A program made the translations under genes and the position numbers. The notes under the pieces were generated by a model that saw only the letters and a program-made list of their open reading frames with translations, made no database searches and had not been told where the DNA came from. A stretch of 62,148 nucleotides of DNA, the filler included. It is 7 parts of 7 records of this genome, joined end to end, with 100 filler letters (N's around TTAATTAATTAA, not from the genome) between each part and the next. Parts side by side here need not be neighbours in the genome. Positions count along the whole stretch, not along the records: positions 46,756 to 56,753 come from SRR31147125_9201; positions 56,854 to 62,148 come from SRR31147125_9229; 5 more parts are not named here. One strand, 5' to 3'. Shown here piece after piece: positions 53,017-62,148 of this stretch (positions are counted from its first letter, which is position 1; every line of letters begins with the position of its first letter).

Positions 53017-53188
53017 GTTCTAATCCCTTCGTAATTTTTAATCAATCATTTCTTCTTGTTTCTTTTGCCCGCTATACTTTCAGAATACACTAAATCTAAA
53101 GCCGTACAAGCTCCGTATATACAATTCACAATATACAATCAAAAACTTTGTAACAACCTATAGCTATATATGTTATATCTATGTAATC

Positions 53189-53227
53189 AATAAGCTCCGC
53201 ATCAAAATCATTGATACGGAGCTTATT
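53189..53227. repeat. 17-bp-arm inverted repeat (terminator or origin hairpin)
   Basis: AATAAGCTCCGCATCAA / TTGATACGGAGCTTATT, one mismatch. Confidence 0.75.
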
Positions 53228-53251
53228 AAAGGGCAATACGGTGAATGAGTT

Positions 53252-54270
53252 TTATTTGGTTAGGTAATATTCGTGCTCTTGCTTTGATAAAGCATTAAAT
53301 ATTTCTTTTTCTGAATTAAAATCTTTCAAACATACCCTACGATCTGTTTTATCTACATCTTTAAAAAATACTTCATATGTAAGGTTCGCAAGACAACGTT
53401 TTTCATATATCATCAATTCAGATTTCGGATTTGACAAATATCCTTTCATCTCATTTAACTCATGTTCATTTATAAGAATCATTAACATATCTCTAGTAGA
53501 ACTTGAATTAGAGTTATCTCCGGTAACTGCTATTGTATAATCTTTTCGAGAAAGAGCCTTGATTTTTTGAACATCAGTGCCACCTTCTGATTTATTGAGT
53601 ATCTTGGACTGAGAGTGCAATGAGTATTTATTTACGATTTCATTTTTAATGTTAGAAGAATTTGATGACCTGTTATCGTTGTATATTGTTGAATCATTGG
53701 AGTTGTCTGACATATCGACAAGTGTTTTATGGATACTATTGTCTGAAAATTCGGCATTAATGCTCTTCTCAGAGTAATCAAAATTATTATTGTTTGTTGT
53801 TTCTGATTGAGAGATATTAATAAAATTGATAACAGAAGTAGGTTTGTCATCATTACCCTTATTAGGTATTTCACAGTATTTAAATTTTTTAGCTTTTCGC
53901 AATAATCGTGAAGAGAGGTTTTTCTAGATTTTTTCAAGAATTTAATAAGTGGACTAACACAAATTCTCAGATATTGTAAATAGTATAGAAAAACACCTAC
54001 AGAAATTAATAACATTATAGTAATGTTCACAGCCGATAACTCTAAACTATTAAACACCTCGTTTACTAACACCATAAATATGGATATGCCAATAATTCTG
54101 TAAATGGTAGGGAGATATAGTACTGTCCAGTTGTTATATTTCTTCTCTAATCGCTTGGTATATAGTATTAGCCATGACAAGAAAATTAAGAATGGTATAA
54201 AAGGAATCTGCATTATGCCAAAAATGAAATATATAAAAAGAATCATTAATATTGGTATTGACGAATTCAA
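53252..54270 (-). CDS. membrane hypothetical protein, apparently split by a frameshift
   Basis: Overlapping ORFs 53632-54270 (TM-rich) and 53252-53902 (Asn/Ser-rich). Confidence 0.5.
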
Positions 54271-54469
54271 ACTTACTGCAATACGATCAAATAGAGCTGA
54301 TTTTCGATATGTTGAGATATTATCTCAATCGTATACGAACAAAACAGCGAAGTACCCAAGGGTTGGGTGCTGGCTGTTTCGTATACGGGCGCTTGGCGGC
54401 GCTGATGTGATGAACGGTTCGGCGCCCTTTTTTACTTGGCTCTCGAACCATCATTATTCGAGGACTGCC

Positions 54470-54958
54470 ATGAAAAATAAAAATATATTAACACCCAATA
54501 AATTACTGCTTGCCCTATTCTGGGCGTTCGTGATCATTTTAAGTATTCAACTCTATTCTCATGCAGCGCAACATGATAGATATGTTGTTGGGACTGTCAT
54601 AAAAGTACGTGACGGTGATACCATCACAGTCAGAGTTGCCAACACTGATGAGATACTTGAGGTGCATCTATACGGCATAAATGCGCCTGAGAATAACAAA
54701 CCTTATTACACAGAAGCATCCCAATTCCTCAGCTATCAAGTACTTGGTAAGCTGGTAGAATTGTATATTACTGGTAAGGGTAAATACAATCGTTATATTG
54801 CCAAAGTGTATTGCAATTCAAAATACATCAATCTAATGCTAGTCTCAACTGGACTGGCGGTTCATTATAAACAATTCTCAAAAGATAAAGACCTTGCTCT
54901 GGCTGAAACTGAAGCAAGGCGGTGTCGTATTGGAATATGGGAAAAGAAATCTAAATGA
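54470..54958 (+). CDS. thermonuclease (SNase) family protein with signal/TM segment
   Basis: VRDGDTI, LYGINAPE, KYNRYIA, INLMLV..GLA, EAR..RIGIW; GAGG RBS before ATG 54470. Confidence 0.88.
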   Translation: MKNKNILTPNKLLLALFWAFVIILSIQLYSHAAQHDRYVVGTVIKVRDGDTITVRVANTDEILEVHLYGINAPENNKPYYTEASQFLSYQVLGKLVELYITGKGKYNRYIAKVYCNSKYINLMLVSTGLAVHYKQFSKDKDLALAETEARRCRIGIWEKKSK

Positions 54959-55020
54959 TTCTGCATAAGAAGAAGTGAATCCACCAATGATATATAAGTA
55001 GGTTATAAGAAAGGATTATT

Positions 55021-55221
55021 ATGGGTGCTAATGGTGACAATACAGCTAATGTGATTGCTGGTCTAGCGAGTTCCTTCATTCCTGGGTTGAGGTAGCTACT
55101 TCAGCAGAGGTATTTTGCAGCGGTTATATATTTTGGTTTTTCTGTGTTCTTTTGGTTCTTCTTTATGGGGTAGATAGTAAGCATTGTTTCTTGTATTAGT
55201 GCTTTAAGATATAGGAACTAG
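55021..55221 (+). pseudogene. small membrane protein pseudogene
   Basis: MGANGDNTANVIAGLASSFIPGLR*LLQQR... resembles NVIA.LASFFIPGLGQL.QGR small proteins; internal TAG stops and a frameshift. Confidence 0.55.
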
Positions 55222-55275
55222 TCTGGGGTCTGTAATAAATCTTTTGTGTGTGATTAATAGTGATAAGGGGTAATA

Positions 55276-56753
55276 ATGAATAAAAGCAACATTGTTAGTG
55301 CAGCAATTATTATAGTGCTGTTGTTTGTGGTAGGCTGTGGGAGCGATTCGGATAAAGCCCAAGGGGTTTGGAAAGATACTAGGGGTAAAGATTTAATTCA
55401 TACCCATTTTGTAGAGATTGGCAAAGATTATGTTGTTATTGATGGGAAGCGAGAAGATGGTCTCGTTCTTGTCGATATTGATGATGCTGTAATGGTGCAG
55501 ACGGCTGGGTCAAGGAAAGATGTCATGCGCCTTGTTTTACACGATGATGATACCCTGACAATTGAAATTCCGTTACTAGGTAAGCAGAAACTTGTTAGGT
55601 CTTCAAAAGAGGAAATTGCAGCAAAAGAGAAGTTGGTTGCAGAAGCAAGAGAGGTTGCATTCAAAAAAGCTGAGTCTGAGCGCATAGCTAAAGAGAAAAA
55701 AGCTGAAGAAGAGCGTATTATCAAAGAGAAGAAGATAGCAGATCTTTGTGGTATTTGGAAAGAATCCGGTAGTGATAATTTATTAAGTACTAAGTTCTTT
55801 GAAATTGGAAAAGACTTTCTTGTTATAGAAGATACCCGTATTGATGGCATTGAGTTGGTAGTAAATGCTGATGATAATGAGGTTTTTATTAAGCAGCTCG
55901 GGAGGGAAATGTACATAGGTGACAAAGGTTTTTATGCACAGCTTGAAGGCTCAAATACATTAATACTTGATCTTCCAAGACATGGTAAGGTCAAACTGAT
56001 TAAAACCTCATACAGTGAAAAAGAAGATAGAGATAGAGCTTTAAGTGAAAGATACAATACTCTAATAGGAAAATCGTACGGTACATGGGTAAGAGATATT
56101 GATGAGAACAAATACAGAAGTCCTATGGATTATCAATACAACCCTATCGTGATTACAAAGGATTCATTGACTTATGATAATAAAAGTAAATCAATCCTTT
56201 TCTCTAGGTATTCAGAGGTCGCAGGTAAATCTATGCCGTACTTACCAGCGATTGGCTATGCGGATAACTCTAAAGAATACACCTTTTGTATTACATCCTT
56301 TGATGATAACAATAATACAATGAATACTGTTACAACGAATTGGAAGAAACGTAAAGCAAAGTATGCTAGAATCGATCCAGCAAATATTCGCTTACACGAC
56401 AACCCAAGTATTGATTATATTAAAGGTGGTTGGGCTAAAGAGGGTGATTCAAAAGACGGGTATAATGTTATCGCCTTTTCAAAGGAATTGCTCTATTGTG
56501 ATGGGCATAGCATGAAGGTAATTGATAAGGCTGATAACAAATCTCCACAACTCTCAATTAGAAGGGCGGGCGATAAGGATGAGTGTCTTATGGATATTGT
56601 TCAGTTTGACCCTGATACCATTAAGGTCATGTATAATGAAGGTAATATATGGCATACATATAAAAGGATGAGTAGTTCTGATGCTAAAAAGGCTATGTCT
56701 AATTACTCTGATAAAATCAAGTTGCTTCAAGGATACTGGAAGTCCGAAAGTCC
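55276..56753 (+). CDS. lipoprotein with repeated G.W-initiated beta domains, 3' partial
   Basis: Lipobox FVVGC; QGVWKD, CGIWKE, YGTWVR, KGGWAK, QGYWKS repeats. Confidence 0.8.
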
Positions 56754-56853
56754 NNNNNNNNNNNNNNNNNNNNNNNNNNNNNNNNNNNNNNNNNNNNTTA
56801 ATTAATTAANNNNNNNNNNNNNNNNNNNNNNNNNNNNNNNNNNNNNNNNNNNN
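56754..56853. other. artificial contig spacer
   Basis: N-run with TTAATTAATTAA. Confidence 0.99.
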
Positions 56854-56857
56854 CCCT

Positions 56858-56884
56858 GCCGGCTGTCCCGCAGCCGGCTTTTTT
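56858..56884 (+). terminator. intrinsic terminator
   Basis: GCCGGCTG-TCCCG-CAGCCGGC followed by T6. Confidence 0.8.
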
Positions 56885-56891
56885 ACCCGAA

Positions 56892-57920
56892 TTAAAACTG
56901 TTCAAATAATCTTGTCTGTATCAGTAGATCAACCAGTGCGGGATCAAACTGTTTACCACTGTTATCTGTAAGTTCCAGCAGGGTCTCTTCAAGTGAAAGG
57001 CATGTACGGTATGAACGGTCGCTGGTCATAGCATCAAATGCATCTGCAAGTGTCACTATGCGTACGAGTAAAGGTATTTGTTCACCCTTTAATCCATCGG
57101 GGTATCCATTTCCATCGTAGCGTTCATGGTGGCTTCTGACGATAGGGATATAGGGGGTGAACATATCTATATGTTTTAGAATTTTCTCTCCGGCTTCCGG
57201 ATGCGTTTTAATCATATTGTATTCATTACCGGTGAGTCGTCCCTTTTTATTGAGAATACTTTCCGGTATACCGATTTTTCCTATATCATGCATCAGAGCA
57301 CCGCCTTCCAATATGGTGAAGTCTGATTCTGATATTCTGAGTTCGCGGCCAATCTTAATGGAAATTTCTTTTACTCGGTTGCAGTGACCTTTAGTATAGG
57401 GATCCTTCTGTTCTATTGTTTCAGAAAAAGCCTTAATTGTGGCCATCGTGGTGCGCATGATTGTATGATGCGCGTCTGTTAGCTGATCTTCCAGAATACG
57501 CTGCTGCTGATTGCTGGTCTGGTATTGTTCATGCTGTTTATAGCGTTGCTTTGATTTACTGATAGCATCAGTTACTCTGCGGATCAGTTCACTGCGTCTG
57601 ACTGGTTTAGATAGATAATCTTCAGCACCTTTTCTTATGGCATTCATGCCGGTATCCAAATCGGTAAAAGCAGTCAGCATGATAATCGGAATATAGGGAT
57701 ATTCTTTCTTTAAAATACCCAGCAGATCCAATCCGGAAATGCCCGGCATTTTAATATCCAGGACAATGCAGTCTACCGGTTTTTCATTGTATTGAAGAAA
57801 TTCCAATAGGTTAGTGCCGCTTTCACATATAGAAACATCAAAGCCTTCTTTCTTCAAAATTATCTGGAGAATTTTTCTGATTGCCGCATCATCATCGGTT
57901 GCAACAATATGGTAGGGCAT
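56892..57920 (-). CDS. REC-HD-GYP response regulator (cyclic dinucleotide phosphodiesterase family)
   Basis: TDDD, LDIKMPG, YLSKP; TKGHCNRV, HDIGKIG, HHERYDGNGYP. Confidence 0.95.
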   Translation of the reverse strand: MPYHIVATDDDAAIRKILQIILKKEGFDVSICESGTNLLEFLQYNEKPVDCIVLDIKMPGISGLDLLGILKKEYPYIPIIMLTAFTDLDTGMNAIRKGAEDYLSKPVRRSELIRRVTDAISKSKQRYKQHEQYQTSNQQQRILEDQLTDAHHTIMRTTMATIKAFSETIEQKDPYTKGHCNRVKEISIKIGRELRISESDFTILEGGALMHDIGKIGIPESILNKKGRLTGNEYNMIKTHPEAGEKILKHIDMFTPYIPIVRSHHERYDGNGYPDGLKGEQIPLLVRIVTLADAFDAMTSDRSYRTCLSLEETLLELTDNSGKQFDPALVDLLIQTRLFEQF

Positions 57921-57940
57921 GTTGGTTACTCCTGGGTAAA

Positions 57941-58540
57941 TCAGCGTTTAGTCCAAAAAGGTCGCATAAACAACTGTTTATACGGCAGTAGAAACGGTAC
58001 ATTCTGTTTGTACTTTATATAATTTTGAAATAGTTTGGGAAAAATGTATATATCCTCGAAAAGAATAAGAATAAGATTGAAAATGGTCAATAGAGCAAAT
58101 AGTAAAACAATACCCCAATTTAGATAGAGGCCGGAAAAGAGTATGTTTATAGCGGTCAGCCACAGAAAACCCGGATGTCTGGAAAAACTATATGTTCCTT
58201 CTGTATATACTTTACGGATGCCATCTGGAAGCTGTACACTTTGTTTTGCGTTTTCCTTGCTCTTTCTGTGCAACATTATGGGAATTTCTATGAAAACAGA
58301 GTAGACAAGCAGCAGAAAAAATAGGAGTATAAAGAAAGCTATAACTATTTTCAGAAAGTCCGGCAATGCATTCGAAGGATTATACCCGATTACTATAATA
58401 ATATATGGTATAAAAATAATTCCATAGCCGATATAAGTAATAAAAGTAATTATTTTCATACTCTTGATTTGTGAAAAATCGTGCATGCATAAGAGGAAAT
58501 AACCTGCTGCAGAAAGTAAAATTAAATTGCCTAAATTCAT
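57941..58540 (-). CDS. isoprenylcysteine carboxyl / phospholipid methyltransferase family membrane protein
   Basis: EGTYSFSRHPG, FED, YIKYKQNVPFLLP. Confidence 0.8.
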   Translation of the reverse strand: MNLGNLILLSAAGYFLLCMHDFSQIKSMKIITFITYIGYGIIFIPYIIIVIGYNPSNALPDFLKIVIAFFILLFFLLLVYSVFIEIPIMLHRKSKENAKQSVQLPDGIRKVYTEGTYSFSRHPGFLWLTAINILFSGLYLNWGIVLLFALLTIFNLILILFEDIYIFPKLFQNYIKYKQNVPFLLPYKQLFMRPFWTKR

Positions 58541-58596
58541 GTTTTTCCTGTACTATAATGTATTGCGGTGATAGAAACTAATATAAAGGATATACT

Positions 58597-61500
58597 ATGA
58601 TTTTTGATATTTCTACTATTATTCCTGCTATGGCTTTCATAATATATGTATTCTTTGTTATTTTTGGTTTCTTTCAGTACCGCAGAGTAGGTTTCTACTG
58701 GTCTTTTCAATTTTATGTCGTGGGTGTAGCCGTTTGGAGTTTCGGATCATTCATGATGCATCTCAACAGCCATATATTGACACCGCTGATTTGGAACAAG
58801 TTCATGCTTGTCGGTTTGCTTTCGGTTCCTTTTACCCTTATCCATGCCGTTGTTGATATCATGGAATTGAGCAACAGACGCTACAGAGTATTTGTAAAAT
58901 TCAGCTATTCGCTGATTGCGTTGCTGATGTATTTCAATTTCAGCGGATCCATTGTTACAGATGCGGGTTTTACACCGGAAGGTATTTTCTTTTACGACCT
59001 GGGTCAGGGAGCCATAGTTGCGTATTCAATAAGTTATGCGTACTTGATCATAACATTAAGTATAATGGTTTTCGAGAGCCGCAAGAACAGCAATCCGAAT
59101 ATACGGAGGAAGTTGGTTCTTCCGCTGATTGGTACGGTTATCATGCTGGTTGGAATTCTCTTCAACCTGATACCTGTGCTTGGTAAGTACCCGTTTGATA
59201 TTCTTGCAGCCGCAATTCATGCGTTTATTCTTTTTTATACCATTAACAGATTCAGTCTGCTGAACTATTCCCGTATAGCTCTGCAGGTAATGCTGGTAGT
59301 TATTCTTTCTGTTTCAGCGACGGTTATCTATCTGCTGCTGATATTACTCATACGCCAATTTAATCCCGGGTTTGCGCCGTATGATATTTTACCGATTGCG
59401 ACCATTCTCGGGTTTACCACAGCATTGGTAATATCACCTCTGAGAAGCTTCATGGCCTACATAGTTGATAAGATTATCATTCCTCGCCGTCATCCCTATC
59501 AAAGTGTGATTCGTCAGCTCAGCCAGAGGCTCACCACTGTTATAGATTTGGATGAATTGGGGGATGAAGTTATTTCCAGCCTGATAACAGGTCTAAAGGT
59601 GAATTGGGCAATATTTATTGTTGAGAACATTAAAGAGAAGAATAATGAGTTTATTCTGCTGTCAAGCCGCAGCTGCCCGACAAATCTTACAGTTGGAGAT
59701 GTGGTTGAACTGAATTTCTCGGATTCACTTCAGAAAAAGATTTACTTTCTACAGTCACAGGATACAAACTCATTGATATATTCTGAAAGACATGACGAGG
59801 CGTTTAAGGTAAGTGAGAGTTTACCTTACGCGGATATCATCATACCGCTTATATACCGTAAGCAGGTATCAGGTTATATCATGGCTGGTTTTCCTGAAGC
59901 AAAAAAGGTCATATCCAACTATGAAACAGAGGCATTGGAAATTCTGTCAACGCAGTGTTCGCTATCATTAAAAAATGCTTTGTCGTTTGAACATATCAAA
60001 GCACAGGGTGATGAACTGACTTTAAGCAATAACAAACTGGAAGCAATATTTAACGGTATTGCTTCCCCAGTTGCCATGACCGATGTAGATTATTCCATTA
60101 TGGAAGTAAATAACGCTGCGACGATTTTCTTTGGTAAAGAACGCGAAAAGATGATTGGCGGTAAATGCTATCGTGAATTTTTTGGCCGATCACGCCCCTG
60201 TGAATTCTGCAAATCTCTGGACTGTATTCATGGCGGAGTCATGATTGAGACTGAAGCTGAAGTCAACAACGGAACATATTCATTTCAGTTCAATAATGTG
60301 CCGGTACCGCAGAAAAAGAAATTGGTATTTATAGAGCTTATCAAAGACATTACCGAACAGAAACGGTTGCAGAACGATTTAATCAGGACCGAAAAGATGG
60401 CTGGGATTGGTGAAATGGCAGCCGGAATTGCACATGAGTTGAATAATCCACTAGCTGGTATTGCCGGAACTGCGGAAATAATACTTTCCGAAGTAGACGA
60501 CAGTTCAACGGTCAAAGAGTATGCCGAGGATATTCTGAATTATTCGATGAACGCGGCTGAGGTAATTAAAGAGCTATCGGTTTATACAAGAAAAGAGGAA
60601 AAACAGCAGCAGGATGTTGATTTAATTCGTATCCTGGAATTCGCGCTGCGGCTGGCAACCCGTGGTATTGATTCACATGAAATAAATATAACCCGAAATT
60701 ATCATGCTCTGCCGCAGATTAAAGCCAATGAAAGTGAACTGCAGCAGCTGTTTCTGAATTTGATAGTGAATGCTATTCAGGCCATGGAAGGGAAGGGCGA
60801 TTTAACACTTTCCTGTTATGAAGAAAATGGATCGGTTTACATCAAAGTGACGGATACCGGATGTGGTATACCACAGGAAAATTTGAACCAGATATTTATG
60901 CCTTTTTTTACTACGAAACCTCCCGGAACCGGTACAGGCTTAGGACTTTCCAACTGTTTCAGCGTAGTGGAGAACATGTCAGGCAGACTCAGAGTGGAAA
61001 GTAAGGTAGATGTTGGTTCAACTTTTACCGTTATCTTCCCATTTACCGAAGCTGGTAAAAAGGCTGTTAAGTTCTATCTGGTACGCAATGAACCGTCCGC
61101 TCTTAATGATGTATTTTATCTGCAGCGTAAGGTACTCATCGGTGAGAAAGGATATATAGAAGAATCTATTCATCGAACTTTGGATGAAGATGCACTGCAC
61201 ATTATTGCCTATAAAGGCATACATCCGGTAGGTACGGTTTCTCTTCTTCCATCAAACAAGTTCTGGCCGCTGCCGGTCTCGGAATACTTTGACCTGAATA
61301 GCATGATTCAGCGAGAAAACAGCGCCGAAATTATTCGTCTGGCAGTATTGCCTGATATGCGTAATACAACGGTTTCTATTGGTCTTATCATGCTTGTTTT
61401 TCTGCTTGCGCGCACTATCGGAGTTAAAGACCTGGTTATTGATGTTTTTAAGGATGATGAGAAAACCATTAACTTGTATAAGAAATTCGGCTTTTTTGAG

Positions 61501-61746
61501 GTTGGGGAATATTACTCTCCTGAAGCAGTAACTGTTCTCATGCTTAACGGCAAATCATCTCTGGAGATGGATGAGAATCGCTTGAAACGATTTATTAAAC
61601 CGTTGTATATGAAACTTATCGATTTATTTGATTTCGGTGATCTCAATGATGCTATCATAGCTGAAATGGAAAAAATAATACCATTGGAGCGTAATAGAAA
61701 GAGAGCAAAAGTCATCGCAATAGAAGAGGGGAAGAAAAAAGAATAA
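58597..61746 (+). CDS. HisKA_7TM-like-GAF-PAS histidine kinase fused to a C-terminal GNAT (LuxI/FeeM-like) acyltransferase domain
   Basis: Multi-TM N-terminus; GIAHELNNPL, LIVNAIQA, DTGCGI, FFTTK, GTGLGLS; then VGTVSL, LPVSEYF, AEIIRLAVLPDMR, LYKKFGF. Confidence 0.88.
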   Translation: MIFDISTIIPAMAFIIYVFFVIFGFFQYRRVGFYWSFQFYVVGVAVWSFGSFMMHLNSHILTPLIWNKFMLVGLLSVPFTLIHAVVDIMELSNRRYRVFVKFSYSLIALLMYFNFSGSIVTDAGFTPEGIFFYDLGQGAIVAYSISYAYLIITLSIMVFESRKNSNPNIRRKLVLPLIGTVIMLVGILFNLIPVLGKYPFDILAAAIHAFILFYTINRFSLLNYSRIALQVMLVVILSVSATVIYLLLILLIRQFNPGFAPYDILPIATILGFTTALVISPLRSFMAYIVDKIIIPRRHPYQSVIRQLSQRLTTVIDLDELGDEVISSLITGLKVNWAIFIVENIKEKNNEFILLSSRSCPTNLTVGDVVELNFSDSLQKKIYFLQSQDTNSLIYSERHDEAFKVSESLPYADIIIPLIYRKQVSGYIMAGFPEAKKVISNYETEALEILSTQCSLSLKNALSFEHIKAQGDELTLSNNKLEAIFNGIASPVAMTDVDYSIMEVNNAATIFFGKEREKMIGGKCYREFFGRSRPCEFCKSLDCIHGGVMIETEAEVNNGTYSFQFNNVPVPQKKKLVFIELIKDITEQKRLQNDLIRTEKMAGIGEMAAGIAHELNNPLAGIAGTAEIILSEVDDSSTVKEYAEDILNYSMNAAEVIKELSVYTRKEEKQQQDVDLIRILEFALRLATRGIDSHEINITRNYHALPQIKANESELQQLFLNLIVNAIQAMEGKGDLTLSCYEENGSVYIKVTDTGCGIPQENLNQIFMPFFTTKPPGTGTGLGLSNCFSVVENMSGRLRVESKVDVGSTFTVIFPFTEAGKKAVKFYLVRNEPSALNDVFYLQRKVLIGEKGYIEESIHRTLDEDALHIIAYKGIHPVGTVSLLPSNKFWPLPVSEYFDLNSMIQRENSAEIIRLAVLPDMRNTTVSIGLIMLVFLLARTIGVKDLVIDVFKDDEKTINLYKKFGFFEVGEYYSPEAVTVLMLNGKSSLEMDENRLKRFIKPLYMKLIDLFDFGDLNDAIIAEMEKIIPLERNRKRAKVIAIEEGKKKE

Positions 61747-61766
61747 AGCGAAGAAGGCATAGCTAA

Positions 61767-62148
61767 TTATTCAAATTTTCGTCTAATTGCTTTTAAGACA
61801 GTTCTGTACGGCAGTACAGCAGCTAAAAAAGAACGTAATTTTGCCGATGTGCCAATCCCTGTTCGGATTGGCATTTTTTTCTTTCTGCAATAATGCGGTA
61901 TATTCCAGAAGCGACATAATCGGGATTCATACCGTTTTCAATGAGGTTGTCACGCATAGTTTTATATGCTGTTTCTCTTTTATGATATAAGCTGCTGTTT
62001 GAGGAAGTGTATTCCTGCGGCAGGCCGGTACGCACATAGTCGAAATAAATTATACCTGTTTCAATTCCAAATGGGATAATTTCTCCGTGTAATGCTAATG
62101 AATAAGCTTCCAATGCAGCCTTAGAGGCGGCGTACATCCCGGAAAAAG
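61767..62148 (-). CDS. SDR family oxidoreductase, 5' partial, apparent frameshift at the T7 run near 61877
   Basis: YAASK catalytic motif; shifted frame gives typical C-terminus PIRTGIG...LP...RRKFE*. Confidence 0.8.

Larger units (their letters stand above)
47600..56753. mobile_element. integrated element at tRNA-Leu (satellite/IME-like); far end not in the contig
   Basis: Integrase adjacent to tRNA 3' end, with AlpA, DnaB-like helicase, HTH, TA and cargo genes; no second att copy seen. Confidence 0.75.

Noticed and set aside
54104-54469. N-terminal extension of the thermonuclease ORF
   Set aside because: Overlaps an opposite-strand ORF and the structured leader; RBS and signal-like segment favour ATG 54470.
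15963-56853. Six recurring TTAATTAATTAA motifs in N-runs
   Set aside because: Artificial contig linkers. Genes on different sides are from unrelated contigs, so no cross-spacer linkage was inferred.
16148-61880. Many split genes (rfbC, vanZ-like, wcaJ, cupin, GT4, permease, sua5, Lys-rich ORF, SDR) as programmed frameshifts, phase variation or pseudogenes
   Set aside because: Mostly single-base indels, often at homopolymers, spread over unrelated contigs and including normally essential sua5. Sequencing error is the simplest explanation.
1-62148. CRISPR arrays, rRNA, reverse transcriptases, second att copy
   Set aside because: No regularly spaced repeats, rRNA-like sequence, RT motifs or duplicate tRNA 3' end were seen by eye.

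Overview
The window is not one locus. It is seven unrelated contigs joined by 100-bp N spacers that contain TTAATTAATTAA (stops in all frames). Many genes carry single-base frameshifts, mostly in homopolymer runs, that look like sequencing errors. (1) 1-15962, Bacteroidota-like: pyrH-frr, then a ~14 kb minus-strand signalling cluster (CheR, HAMP-GAF-PAS receptor without output domain, degenerate CheR, stand-alone CheB, TM-GAF, GAF-PAS-PP2C phosphatase, SiaB kinase, SiaC, TerB-like/ABCG transporter, lipoprotein, secreted protein). No MCP, CheA, CheW or SiaD is present, yet both receptors carry CheR-type EExxAT methylation motifs. This is the best candidate for a new system. (2) 16063-26544, probably Desulfobacterota: a polysaccharide cluster with an inserted RHH/RelE-like TA pair and IS relics. 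(3) 26645-31908: a Ser/Thr kinase-AAA-GAF-PAS-histidine kinase. (4) 32009-37451: tandem MacB/FtsX permeases. (5) 37552-46655, Clostridia-like: murA, sua5, asnS and a DnaA-box cluster. (6) 46756-56753: tRNA-Leu(TAA) with an integrated satellite-like element whose integrase ORF reads antisense through the tRNA. (7) 56854-62148: an HD-GYP response regulator and an ICMT/PEMT methyltransferase, divergent from a 7TM-GAF-PAS histidine kinase fused to a LuxI/FeeM-like acyltransferase domain. Taxonomic and family assignments come from motif recognition only; no searches were run.
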